NCBI GenBank assembly: GCA_000165425.1
Contig: CT868677.1
Coordinates: forward strand, 124,001-188,000
DNA length: 64,000 nt
Direction: 5' to 3'
DNA from: Paramecium tetraurelia
Lineage: Eukaryota
The position numbers and the translations under genes are program-made. Each line of letters starts with the position of its first letter. Position 1 is the first letter of the stretch. Positions 12,501-26,138 of this stretch are shown here, one piece after another. The notes beneath the pieces are model-generated. The model ran no database searches and was not told where the DNA came from. It was given only the letters and a program-made list of their open reading frames with translations.

Positions 12501-15500
12501 TTGGAATTGGTGGTATTAAAAAAGCATAAGCCTTTCAATTAGGCATCACAATCACTTAGTGATGCAGGATTGCTTATATTGTCACAAGTGAATGTGAGAC
12601 AGGTGGTATTCCCTTATAGACAGTGTCTTTGATTACTATCAAACAATGTAGTGCAATCACTCATATTAGATAACCCACTATATGTTTCACATTTATCAAC
12701 CGAATTGCAAGTCGTACCTTTGACATATATGCATTAGATTCCTGCTGAATTATACATGCCTAAACAAGCATTAATCTTATCGCTTATTCCATTGACATTA
12801 TAGGTTGTGCACTGATCTCTCACTCGACATAAATTATCATCTATTAGATAGGTACATTTCTGATTTGATATGGTAGGAATTCCATTGCAAAATAATTGCT
12901 TCAATTAATTATCAGTACCCAATGCATAATAATTATCACAATTGTTTTAAAGAGTGAAACAAGAGTTAATGTAGAAACTGCATCCAAATATTTTAGAATC
13001 ACAATCAGATTAACTTTGAGCAAGATCAACATCTTGGCATTTGTATTTTCTACAGATTGTAGATGCATCTCCATTTCTCCATGAACAATTGTATCCCAAT
13101 TTTGATTAACAGAAAGCCCTTTTGTCTGATTGTCCAGAAGCATCAAAATCAGTGCATTGTTTTGTATCTAATTCACAATGATCTGAAGCAGCAATCCAAG
13201 TACAAGTACTCCCCCCTGGATTATATGATTAACAATAACTTAATTTATTCGCATTTGTTAATCCAGAATCAAACAACATCGTTGTACAATCCTAAACCAA
13301 ATATTTCTCAATGCATTTTCCACTCTTTTATATGTAAACACAATTATTCATTCTCTAATTGCAGTACTCCTAACTTGTGACACTGGTAAAAACACTACAA
13401 TAATTCTGTTCAATCTCGCAATTCAATCCAGATGAATATCCACACATCTATCCATCAGATGATTTATAATCTCTGCAATAAACCCTCTTTTGAGAATCAT
13501 CACTACCACTTGCCAAGATATCTGTGCAATCCGTAGTTGGTAGTCCACAATTTGTAGATCCACCTACACAATATTTCTATGAACTATCAAACATATTCTT
13601 GCAAAACAGTTGTTTATTTGTTGTACCTAAGGGAATCACATATGCAGAACAACTACTCTATTTTGTATAACACTTGGTATTATAATAAACGCATTAGTTT
13701 GACAGTATTTTATCACAATCTGATTAACTGTTAGCTACGATTGTTTCACAGGTATAACTTTTAATGCTGCAAGTAGAAGCATCATTTATATTTGTGCATA
13801 CTGATCCATCACTTTAAATTAATTACTCACACCATGTTACTTTATCTAGTAATGCAGATACATTATATGATGAACAACTGGTCTATAGGTTGAAACATAC
13901 TCCTACACCCGGTATAAAAGTGCATAAAGTATTATCAGAGGACTTTAGACCTTCGCAATAATTTTTCTTAGTTTAATCATCAGTTCCATATGTTTTATAC
14001 AATTCACAATTGTTCTAAGTTGAAAGACAAGAATTTCTATAATAAGTGCATCCAGACATGCGTTTATTACAATCCATTTATTAAGTCGGAAGTTCAATAT
14101 CACTGCATTTAATTTAGCTGCAATAACTGTCATTTTATTCATCATAAGAGCAATTGCTAGTTGAGCTTCTTCTGGCTGCACAATAATTCTTTTTATCATT
14201 CACACTTGTTATTACAAACTAACCACATGATGTTACTTAATTCGAACATTTTATGTCACCAAATTAATAATTACAAGATCCTGATAATACAGATCTACAA
14301 TATGACAATTTTGTATTCTCATCTATTGTACTACTAAATAAATATTTATCACATGTATTCAAATTTGAATTCAATTCACATGTCTTTGTTGAATCCAAAT
14401 AAGAACAATTTGATGAAAAATACTAACAGCTTTCTTGACTTGTTATCGTACCAGTTATATAGGTGCAACTTAATGAAGCATCCACTAATGAACAATATGT
14501 TCCACTTACATAAGTACAAATATAGCCATCTTAAGATTTCCTTGCTTAACAATAGGATTATTTTAAAAGTGTCGTTGATCCTGTTGCAGTAATAGAAGTG
14601 CAACTGCTTTATGCTCCACAAGTACTGCCACTAACATATCCACAATATTAATTGGATGTGTTTTACAAATTGGTACAAAATGCAACTTTGTCAGTTATTG
14701 TAGAAGGTATTGAATAAGAAGCACAATTTGAAGGTTTAGTAAAGCAATAACCTGTGTAAAATTGACATCCAGACAAGTATGCATTACAATCACTCTAGGA
14801 TTAAGGACTTATAATCAATTCACAAGTAATTTACTTACAAGCACTATCTCCATTGGAATAGGCACATATGTTGGAAGATACATCTTTTAATAAATAACAC
14901 CAAGTTAATTTATCTGCGTTGCTTAATGTACTAACTGTATAAGATGCACAAGTACTAGTTTGCACTGTGCAAAATGAACTTCCTTTGATATAAGTACATT
15001 TTAAATTGCTAGTTGTTTAAGTCAGTCCTGAACAATAATACAATTTCTAATCATCATCTGCTCCATTTGCATAATATGAATTACAATTAGACTGTTATGT
15101 TATACATTATTTTTAATAATAAGTGCAACCACTCATTACACTATCGCAAGTCGCTTAATTTAAAGGATTGGCAATGTCAAAACAAGAAAAGGATCTACAT
15201 GCACTGCTAGAATCTCCTTTTCTCCAAGCACAACTTCCTGCTTTGCTCACTCTACTCAAACAATAGGATTTTTTATCATCATCATTTGAGATTGAACTGA
15301 TACTAATTGATGTACATGTCGATGTAAGATCATCGCAATATCCACTTCCTGACATCCAAGTACAATACCCATAATAATTCTTCACTTTTTAACAATAATT
15401 TAATTTGTCAGCATCAGTCGTTAATGTTGCAACGTCAAAAGTAATATCATTACAAGTTGTTAACCTTGATGTAGTAGCACAAAGAGAAAGTGATTAAATG

Positions 15501-18500
15501 AAAGTACATCCAGTCGCTGATAAATCGCAAGTGAGCTGGGAAGTAGGAGATTAGATTAATTCACAATAATTTGTTTCTAAACTACAATAAGAGTCCCCAA
15601 AAACATGACCACATAATCTACCTGAAGACGATCTTCTTTATTAACAATAAGTTCTTTTATTTGCGTTTGTCGATGGAACAGGAGATGGAGCAGGATTACT
15701 GTTATAACTAGCCCATCGATATAATTTACAATCGGATGAAGAATTTATACAATTATTCATACCATCTATGTATCCACAATGTTCTCCTGAAGAGTTCTTC
15801 ATATATGAGCAAAACAATGGTTTGTTTGAAGATACTGAGGTTGTACTGTATGAAGTACAAGCATTTTGATTAGTGTAGCATTTGCTTTAGAAATAGACAC
15901 AATTTAGAGCCTAAGTATCGCAATCTATTTGACTATTGGCAACTGAAATACTCTCGCAAGTTGCAGATGAACAATTAGGATTCCCATTCACAAATTAGCA
16001 TTAAATCACTTTTGTAGGATCATTACCAATAGATGTATTTAATTTCATTGCCTAACAAAATGCTGATTTTTCTGTATTGTTACTACCAATAGCAACATAT
16101 TCTGAACATTATGGTTTAATGGTATAACATTGACTATTGTAATATAAGCAGCCTTTATTGTTTGTGTTTGGATCTTGATATAGTATTCTATTGCAATCAG
16201 CAGAGTTAGTGGCTAAAACTACTTATTCACAAAGAATAAAATTTGAACATTTAGTTGAACTTAAAGTAGGGTGATATGAACATTATTTATTATTGATATC
16301 TTTGTATTAATTACACCAAGTTAGTTTAGATGAATCCGTTGTAGGTTTATTGGAAGATGAATTGTCTATGGTTATTTTTGTGCAATCATTAGATGAAATA
16401 CACAAGTTGTTGATATAATAACACATTTTGGTTGTTGTATAAGATTCACATTCTGTCTTTGTTAATATCTAATCACAAAGGTAATTACTACAATTGGCAT
16501 CTCCTGATTGATAACTGCAAATGAAATTATAGTTATCTTTGAGAGCTCTACAATAAGCATTTTTTTCAGTATTATTATTTCCTTAAGCAACATAATTAGA
16601 ACAAATAGTTTGATCAATACAGGAAGTTAATCCATTCACAAATCGACACTTAGAATGATAATTGTAACAATCTTCATGTTTGTTAGGGTTAGTATAATCT
16701 GAACATAATCTAGTAGTACAATTACTCATTCTAGTACATTTCTGACCATTCCCTACGAATTTAGAGCAAGTATCAGAGGTACCATTAAACAGATCACATG
16801 TAGTATCTTTGAGAGTGCAACCAACCCCATTTGAAACACAACCCTCTAGGAAATCATTGCATTATTTATCAGTCAGTCCAGATTGAGTATTATCTACGCA
16901 TTCTTTAACTTTGCATTGAGAGTTGGAACTATTACTACTTAAACCATAACACTTTAACTTATTGCCAATAAATGTATTGCACTATGATTGAACCCCATAA
17001 AAGGCATTGCAATCAGATGTTTCTTTCACACAAGAATTTAAACCATTCCAAAGACAACCTTTTAGGAATTTGCCACAATCTGTATTATTTGTTAATCCAA
17101 CTGCCATATCACATGTTTTAATGATGCAACTGGTAGTACTTGTAGCCCCAATTGTGTTGTAACACTATTATCTGTCGCTGCTATTTGAGATGTATCCTGT
17201 AAATTTATTACACTGATTTTGTGTTCCTTAATAGTCAGAACATACTTTTGTATCTTCTATGCATCCTTTGCCATTAGTTCTGCATCCTTTTTAAAAGTAA
17301 GCACATTCTTCATCTGTCGTGAATATGGTGTTATCAGAACACAATCTACTTCTACAAGGTGAAGTTTCTGTTGCATTTGAATCATTCCAGCATTTATTCG
17401 TAAATAATGCACATCTATTTTGATTCCCTTTAAAGTGTGTACAATCACTTTGTTTGTCTATACATCCATAACCACTGTAAACACAATTTGACATTACCTG
17501 TTGACATACTGAATCAGAATCATACTTGTCCCCAGTTAAATCAGAACATGATAAATTTTGACAAGTATTATTCTACCAAGTACATTTTGTATAATAATAA
17601 GTAGTAATTCCATCAGCAGATGAGTAATTAATGGCTGAGTTGTTTTCACATATCACTTATGTATTGAAATTAGAGCATTTTGTCGAATCTATGCAAGATG
17701 AATTCCATCGACATCCTACAGTACCCACACAACTGATTTCTTTTAGAGTCAATTGGCAACTTGTCTAATTTATACATCCATTACTATTTGTTACACAGTC
17801 TGATTAAAACTTCTTACATTCATAATCAGTGTTGTATGTACTTGGAGCATCTGAACAGGATCTCCTTTAGCATTTACCATCTGTACCTCCTTTGCATTTT
17901 CCATCAGACCCAATCAATTAGAAACATATCTCCTCAGTACCATCATATTCATTACACAATTTCAATTTGTAAACACATCCCATTCCATTTGTCTTACAAA
18001 TTTACTATATTTTTTAGCATTATTCATCAGTAACAAAACTATTATCACTATCCACTACACAATCCTAAACCAAACATGACTATTCATTATCCTCAATTCC
18101 TTTACACAACCCCTCGAAACCTATAAATCCCAAACAACTAGTTTTATTTCCCTTATAACTCGAGCAACTTTGCAAAGTAGTGACACAAGATTTTCCATTA
18201 GTAACACAACCAATCTTGTAATGATTGCAATCCTCATTTGAATTGAATTATCCATTTTCACAAATTCGACTTCTACAATTCTCTGATTGCTCTTCATATT
18301 CACAAATCCCATCTGAACCTACATAATTCTTACAATCTTTTTGATAAGTATTACATGGCCATAATTTTTAAACACACCCTTTACCTGTACTTAAACATCC
18401 CTTCAAATACTAATCACATTATTCATCTTTTGTAAATGTTATTGGAGCAGTTTCACATTTTTTTTATTAACAAAATTAACTACCCGATAAAAACTCACAA

Positions 18501-19185
18501 GTTCCATCTGACCCAATTAATTTCATACAATCTTGCCCTGAACTTTCATAAGTCTTACATTCCTTTAAAGGGCTCTCTGTACATCCTTATCCTTTTGTGA
18601 TGCAACCAATCCTAAATTTAGAACATTCCTAATCAGTAGCTAAGTCTTTTCCTGCTTCACTACACAATTCATCTCTGCATTTCTTATTTTCAGAATCCCA
18701 TTTACATTAACCAGATCCTAATTTTATCTATTTTATTTACCACTCAAACTTCCTGAGGTTTCACAAATATCCTATGTTAAATATTCTTCACATTTTTTTG
18801 CATCAATGCATCCATCACCTTCAGATATACAGTAAAATGATATTTATTGGCAATCAAGAGTTGTATGGAAAAAATATGCTGAGCAACCTGTAAAAAATGT
18901 ACAGCTGGAATTGTAGTATGCACAGCCTTTTACTTTGGAACAATTTTGAGCTGGATTCGCTACACTCTTACAAAAATTGCCATATCCATCTGAATTTCCA
19001 GGATTTCCATCTGAACCGTTATTAATACATATCCCTTCCGTGCTATCATTATTCGTACTCCAAATACAATTACTATATTCACAATCCTTTTTTCTAATAA
19101 GTTTTGAGCATTCCAAACATTAATCAGATTTTAAAACACTCAAACTTAAACTAATCTCTACTAATAATAAAATCCAGAGTCCCAT
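9566..19185 (-). CDS. Giant Cys-rich Paramecium surface-antigen-like protein (~3,198 aa), predicted GPI-anchored
   Basis: Signal peptide MGLWILLLVEISLS; periodic Cys repeats throughout (e.g. GCVSNGVGC, GCVTNGQGC); hydrophobic C-terminus 'SSVMLFTIAIILSLYF*'. Removing one 23-nt intron (18718-18740) leaves 9597 nt, a multiple of 3. Confidence 0.88.
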
Positions 19186-20790
19186 TAATAATTTTTATAA
19201 TTTCTTAATTTTCTAAGATATTTTTTACTCATCCCTATAGATATTTGTGATTTAAAATCAGATACAAAACAGGATCTTTAATAATCACTTATCGAAGAAT
19301 TAATTTTTCAAACTCTCCTAGATAAAAGCTATTTACTTATTGATGTATGTTTAAAATTGACAAAAGTTTTTGAATTTTTCTAAATCGAAATTTTATTAGT
19401 TACATGTACTTCATTTAAATGTCTTATAATTTAATTATAGAACAATAACAATTGTCCATTCTCTGTGGTAATTTAAATTGAAAATCTATATTTTCTCAAT
19501 AGATCAAAATCAATATTCATAAAATTACACTACAACATACAATTAATTAAAGATGATATTTTTTAAATAAATAAGCTGATTATTTTTATAATCTCATATA
19601 ATTTAGTTGAGTGAAAATTAGTTAAAATGACTGAGAGGTAAAACCTAATATATTTAATTTATAAATTTTAGTAATCATTTATGAATTGCGTATTTCAAAG
19701 ATTTGACAACAAGGTATTTTAATCCCTGTAAATTAAGGAATAAGTTAACTTGATTATTGAATATATTTTTAAATAAGTTGCATAATTAAAGTATAATTAT
19801 GATTAATTAATATTAAATGATTTTAGCTCAATAGTCAATTTCAAATCTATTTTAAAGTCTTGAAAATGATAGAAATCATTTCAATCAATTTACTAATATT
19901 AACCTAATTTTACTACATTCTCATTATTAAATAGTAGGGACACATTCTTTTGTTCATTTTTTATAGGTAGTATAATAAATTCTCTTTTTTGAATGTATTT
20001 GAAGTGAATTTATAAATTAATTAAATTTTACATAGATTGAAATATTTAATTTTTATTCACAGTGTTTATTTATCAATATTGTTATGAAATAGAATTGAAG
20101 TATCTATCTAAATAGATGAATCAAATCAATTTTTTAAATTTTCAATATAAATTTAATATTATATTTAATAAAAGATAAATTATATTTCTTATTAGATTAA
20201 TCTTATTATGTATTTAATTCATCCAGCTATTTAATCCAAAGATGCCATATCAAGAGAATTCATTAGGTTCAAAATTTGAAAATTTGGAAATGAGAAATAT
20301 AATTAAGGTTGAAATCAAAGTGCACTTGTTATAATTAAGCACATAAATAAATTAAATCTTAAGTATATTTAATTAGAAAAATTTAGAGAAGTTGAAATCT
20401 TATTAATAATAATAAATAATTCCTTGATTGCATGTTATATTGCTTTATAAAACAAAATAATTTGTAGAGATTACATTAAATCATATTTTAAGTTCACAAA
20501 AGTTTTTTGGTTTCGCAACTCATCATAGATTTCGAAAAACGTGAAGTGAACTTTCTTAATTTATTCTATCTTTGAGAGATTTGATATGAAAATCTTTAGA
20601 GAACAAGGCCTAAGTTAATAAAATGATACTTGCCATCAGACGGAGCAGGCCAATTGATCCTTTTACCAAAAATCAATGATTATTTGGTTTAATTATGAAT
20701 TTGATAACAGTTATTTTCAAACAATTAAAATTAACAGATTTTAGAAAATAATCATAGGATAAGAAATAGAACAATAAAATAAAAATAAAA

Positions 20791-20861
20791 AGTCACCCCG
20801 AAGACTTGAACTCGGATCTCCTCCGTGATAGGGAGGAATGTTACCTCTACACCAGATGACT
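20791..20861 (-). tRNA. tRNA-Asp-like gene with anticodon ATC; probably degenerate
   Basis: Cloverleaf AGTCATC-TG-GTGT-AGAGGTA-ACAT-T-CCTCC-CTATCAC-GGAGG-AGAT-CCGAG-TTCAAGT-CTTCGG-GGTGACT, followed by T-runs (Pol III terminator-like). One extra base in the 3' T-stem. Confidence 0.75.
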
Positions 20862-23800
20862 ATATTATGCTTATGAGGTAATTAGAATAAAATAAATATT
20901 AATGGTTTGCTGTTCTAAACATCTTAACAAAACACATATTTGCTATTTATTTAAATTTAAAAAATAAATACTATTATAACAGTGAAGTTTCATGGGAAAA
21001 ATTATTCTGAAAATAACAATTTGAAATTGATTCATAGATTGCTAAATTTAACATATTTATGTTAGTACATCCATAGTATTCATCATTCATTTATGATCAT
21101 TCCAACTTTTGATTTTTGTGTAGTAAATCTGTCGAAAGGCTTCCTTGTAAATAAAATTACTAATTTCTCAGAATTAATTTATATAAAATTTATAATTTTA
21201 TTTGAAGTAAGTGTAATTATGATTTTGATTATCGAATATATTGCTATTTTTCGACTAGAAAATTTTTACTTATCCATCCAATATATAAAATGATTTTGGA
21301 GGTTTAAATGCAATTAGAAATAAAATTTAAGCAAATTTAGAGTAACATAGTTTACCTAACTATTATAGGTATCATTTCTCCTTAATTGTAAATTATGGTG
21401 ATTCTATTTTAGATTCATACTTTATTACTTCATACAACTCAGTATCTGATTTTAACGATAAAAGGAACTAATAGGAAAACCCGGTTCTATAATATGAAAA
21501 TTTTATTTAAAACACTATTTATAGATTTAGTCAATTTCCACAATATAAAATTATGTGCTATTTTATTTAGAAATCATCAGAATTGTAGATCAAATCTGTA
21601 TTAAGAAGAATTATATTATATTAATTAATTTAAAATATCATGGATAATTTACCTTATGATAATTTTAAACAATAAAGATAAAAAAAAAGAGATAATGATG
21701 CAAATATTAAAAATGGAATCCTCAAAATAGTTAAAAAATACACTTCAACTTATCATACCTCTTATTATCAAGAACAGCTCAAGAAAATTGAAAATTAATT
21801 TGAATCTCTTCTTCATTAGGGGATAAAATCATAGATAAATGATGCGAATCATAGAATATTCAGAGATATTTAAAACAGAAGATATCCCAGAAACTAATAA
21901 ACTATTTCATACAAAAAAAATTCGTTTAATTATAGATTATTGATTTTTTCAATTTATATGAGTATATTTATATCTAATTATCACTAAATAGTTTTTCAAA
22001 TAATTCTGAAGACCTATTGGTCAAAGTAAAAATTAGTATATCTCTACATTTTTCATTTTTTTCTTTTTATTAGAATTTTGAAATAATAAATCAACAAAAA
22101 CGGGTTGGAATTGTCAGGTATTATTAGCAGTTTTCATTGATTTTAGTCTAAAATTTGATACCATTCATTAACTTATATTGAATTATTCATATACTTCGAT
22201 AGGAAATTATTATTAACATTATATTATCACAATCAATAAAAGCGGAACTTGAATTATCATTAGCAGCTGTTTAATTACTGAAACATGAGTGATATCTAAC
22301 AGCATATGATAGATAAGATCGCCAAATACTGGTTATAATTTTATTTATTAAAAAATTCAAAGTAGGTAATGATAAATGTCAAGTTGAAGAAATTAAATGA
22401 AGCTAATGAGCTTAAGAGAGGAGAATATTCATCCCTTGTTAATTCATCATATATTTAAATTACTCTGACTAGTTAGTCATTCAACTAATACCTTATTCTA
22501 CACCCTATCTCATTCTATCTTTAAAAACTAACTCCAATTCAATGGATTTGAAACCAACTGCTAAAGATTGTATTAATAAATAAGCTAATTTTAAGTTAAA
22601 ATTGCATAATAATATGGATAGAGCCTATATCCAACTATGATTAAAGATGATATTTTCAAAGGAAATTTTTCAAAATCTTAATAGCAATAGTTAATAATAG
22701 AAAAGTAATTTTCTTTTTACAAAAGAATCAAATCTAAATTATTGTAATTAAGAATTAACTGAATTTTATTCATTTAAATACTAATAAAACAAAAATTAAT
22801 TAGAATTAAATTAACATAAGTAAAACGATTATCAAAAACCATTATTTGAAATTCTTTAACTATGATTTGAAATTATTTTAGCATAAACAAAAATACTTAA
22901 ACTTTTTTTGTGTTATCATGAATAATATTCTTCCGATTTCAATGTAATTAATATATTAGGAATGCTAACTTGTTTTAAATCTTCATGTAGTATCCTAAAA
23001 CAATATTTATTTCATGAAATATACAGTTTTTTTAATTTAAATGTTATGAAGTCAAATTCAAATAACAGTAGACCTAAAGAATATCTCAAGGATATTATAT
23101 TGAAAAAGAATAAGAAAAATAACCATTGTAAACTTCCAATTATCACTTGAAAGCTAATTACAGAATTTTAAATAAAAGAATGTGAGTAAAGAAATGTTAG
23201 ATAATATATAAATCAATTTATATTTTAGTCGAATTCCATCATAGTTATATTTCTTAAAACTAGTTTGATTTTATCTGATATAGCTCTAAATAAATCTCGT
23301 TTATTTTGAAAATTTCGCATAATATCTCACTCTTATTAGTTTTTGTTGAAAGCAGATTTTATATCAATTAGGTTGGCGTCAAATCCACAATAACACTTTG
23401 GGCTATTTATAACACAAATAAAAGAAATCCAATAATTTTAAGTGCAGTAATTTTAAAGTATGGATTTGAATGATTTTCTGAAAGGACTTATCAAAAGCCA
23501 AGTCATAATGTACTTCATTTAAAAGATATCTAAAATTAATTAACAATGTCTTAGTTTCTACATTATATATTTTGCAAGCTTAAAAAGGGCATAAAGATAT
23601 GACATTATTACCTGTTTGAAAGAAATCGGTATTAAAAATCATCTAGTTTATCATCATTAGTTCGCTTAAAAAATTGAAAAAAATAGCAATAGTAAAATAC
23701 TTAATATATTTGATAATAAGTATTTTATGATTTCTAAATTTATGCCAATTATTTGTTGAAATTATCGATTAAATAAAATTAATGAAAAGTAAAATGTATT

Positions 23801-24559
23801 TCTTCCACATTAAAAATGTTTCAAAAATACATATTTAATTTCTAGATATTAAAATACGTATCATTTTAGATGTTCTTCAATTAAAAGACTAGAGATATAA
23901 AATGTTTGTAATTATAGATAATAATTTTATGTCTTTTGATAATTATTCAAATCTGGTATTTAGATTCATTGTTAGATTAAAATGTTTGAAATCTGAATCA
24001 TAAATAATGCTTAGAAAAAAGAAAGGCTGGGCCTTAACTTGAAATAAATGAAATAACTGCAATGACAATCGTTTAAATTGATTACAATGAAAAAATAATT
24101 CAAAAAAATGTTATATTTTATTAATTACAATAAGATTTAGTTTATAATAAATTTAATAATGATAAATGAATTTGCTTAGTATGAAGTAAACAAAATGCAT
24201 AGTCATAAAGAATTTCTTTATTGTTTATCAATTGTTCATCATAGTTTAGAAGAGACATAAGCATCTGTTATCTCTTTATCTGATAAATAATATTATTATA
24301 TTTTATAAACTATTTTACATTCATGCTATATTGAGTTTTAAAATGAATTAATGACAAGAGTGAATATAAAGCTATTCATCTTCAGGTTATTCATTTTGTT
24401 ATTTATAAAGCGGTTAAAAATAATTCAACCTTGTATATAATTGTTTGAAATCTATTTAAAGTATTGTTTTTTACATTAAAAATACAGTGAATTTATATAT
24501 AATATTATTCAAAAATCTGTTAATGCTTTTTGTTAATCAATATATATTATTTTAGTGTC

Positions 24560-26138
24560 GATTCTCCTTTGCTTTTGCTTTTTCTTTATTTCTAATTTTA
24601 TCTCAATCAAACAATGATCGGATTTTTACCAATTAGACTAAATTTTCATTTTCATTTTTTGATTAGTTAGAATGTGATCAGTTTATTATCGTACAATTCT
24701 ATTTAAAATTTATTTTTAGAATGCTATTGTATTTTGGACTAAGTATTAGAATATATATGGTTAATTATTCTAAGGATAATAATAGCTAGTAATATTTTGT
24801 GAATAGAATTATTTATGAACTCCTAATATTATGCCTCCAGATCTTTCAGTATTTTGACGAGCATTGTAAGATGTGTATTATAGATACGGTATTCATTTTT
24901 TAAAAAACTGATGTTCCAGTTAACGATATTTAATTTTGTTTATATATTTGTGTCGTTCATGGAGGGTGTTAAAACTTTGTTTTTCTCATATGTTTTTCCT
25001 TCTTTCTAAAATGTATTATGGTAAGGTCTTTTTTAGAATTTTTTACATAGTAATTAAACTTCGAATTGTTCTTCGCTATCATTTGAGGTATCATTATCTG
25101 AAAATTATTTGTGGGATGATTGATATTTTATTTACATTTGATTCTCTTAAAGGCTTATTACTTTATTATTCATTTATTAATATTCAACTTTATTTGTTTT
25201 CTAAGTATGGTTTGTTTGACATGTTCACCCTAATGATTGTTATAAATAATTATGAACTTTTGAAATTTTTTACTTATTAAGTATAAGATAGTTTTATTAT
25301 ATTTTCCTTCCTCTAGGCATTTTATACTGGTCTAAATTTGTCTTTCATTGAAGTGATAAACTTGCTTGAGCGATACCATCCCTAAGTTCCTTTTCTTCTA
25401 TTTCTACACTTTTACTCATGACTATTACTTTCTTAAGTTTCATAATTCTCCAATTCTTGAATTTTTTATATTTTAACAACATTATCTATGGTTATGTTTT
25501 TTTAACTTTGTTTTTCTTATTCAAATGCTTTCTTTTAAGAGAATCATTCAATCTTTCTATACTTCTGATTGTAGATCAACTTGAGGTAAAAGATCAAAAA
25601 TATAGTCAATTGAATTTAGATAATCACTCTATTAGAATAAGTAAAAAATTACTTAAGACATACTTCGTTCGCTTTCGATACACATTCTTATATCCTAATT
25701 TTAAACAATTAATCAGAAGGGTTCAACGAAAACAGATCATTAATCATTCACGTTTTAACCGGGTTAATGTTCTTCATCGATTCTCCAAGCTTTCTTTGTG
25801 TATTGGTCTTATTAATTGCCCGAGTTTTAATCTTAAAGTTTTATCCTAAAACATTTCATGATTGATAATTGATAATCTGTGGTTATAAGAGCACAATATC
25901 TTTTGAGAAAGTAGAATCCCTTTAATATGATGCCGTTATAAGCTGAATAAATTGATCCAATTGCTAAATTTGCCTTTTATAAAGTTATTGACACGGAGGT
26001 TAGGAAATTTATTTTGTATATTTATTTGATTTACATTTTTTATTCTCGAATTCAATGTTTATTTTGTGAATTCAGAATTAAAGATATTTAATTCATGATG
26101 GTTAACATTAAAACAATTGCAGAATAAATTAATTTCAT
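24560..26138 (-). pseudogene. Decayed gene for a secreted or membrane protein
   Basis: Signal-like start MKLIYSAIVLMLTIMN (ATG at 26138), coding-like blocks broken by in-frame TGAs and frameshifts, late hydrophobic stretch 'ILLAIIILRII'. The 3' boundary is approximate. Confidence 0.45.

Noticed and set aside
9566..19185. CRISPR array or DNA tandem repeat
   Set aside because: Periodicity is at the protein (Cys spacing) level; no identical direct repeats with spacers, and the context is eukaryotic.
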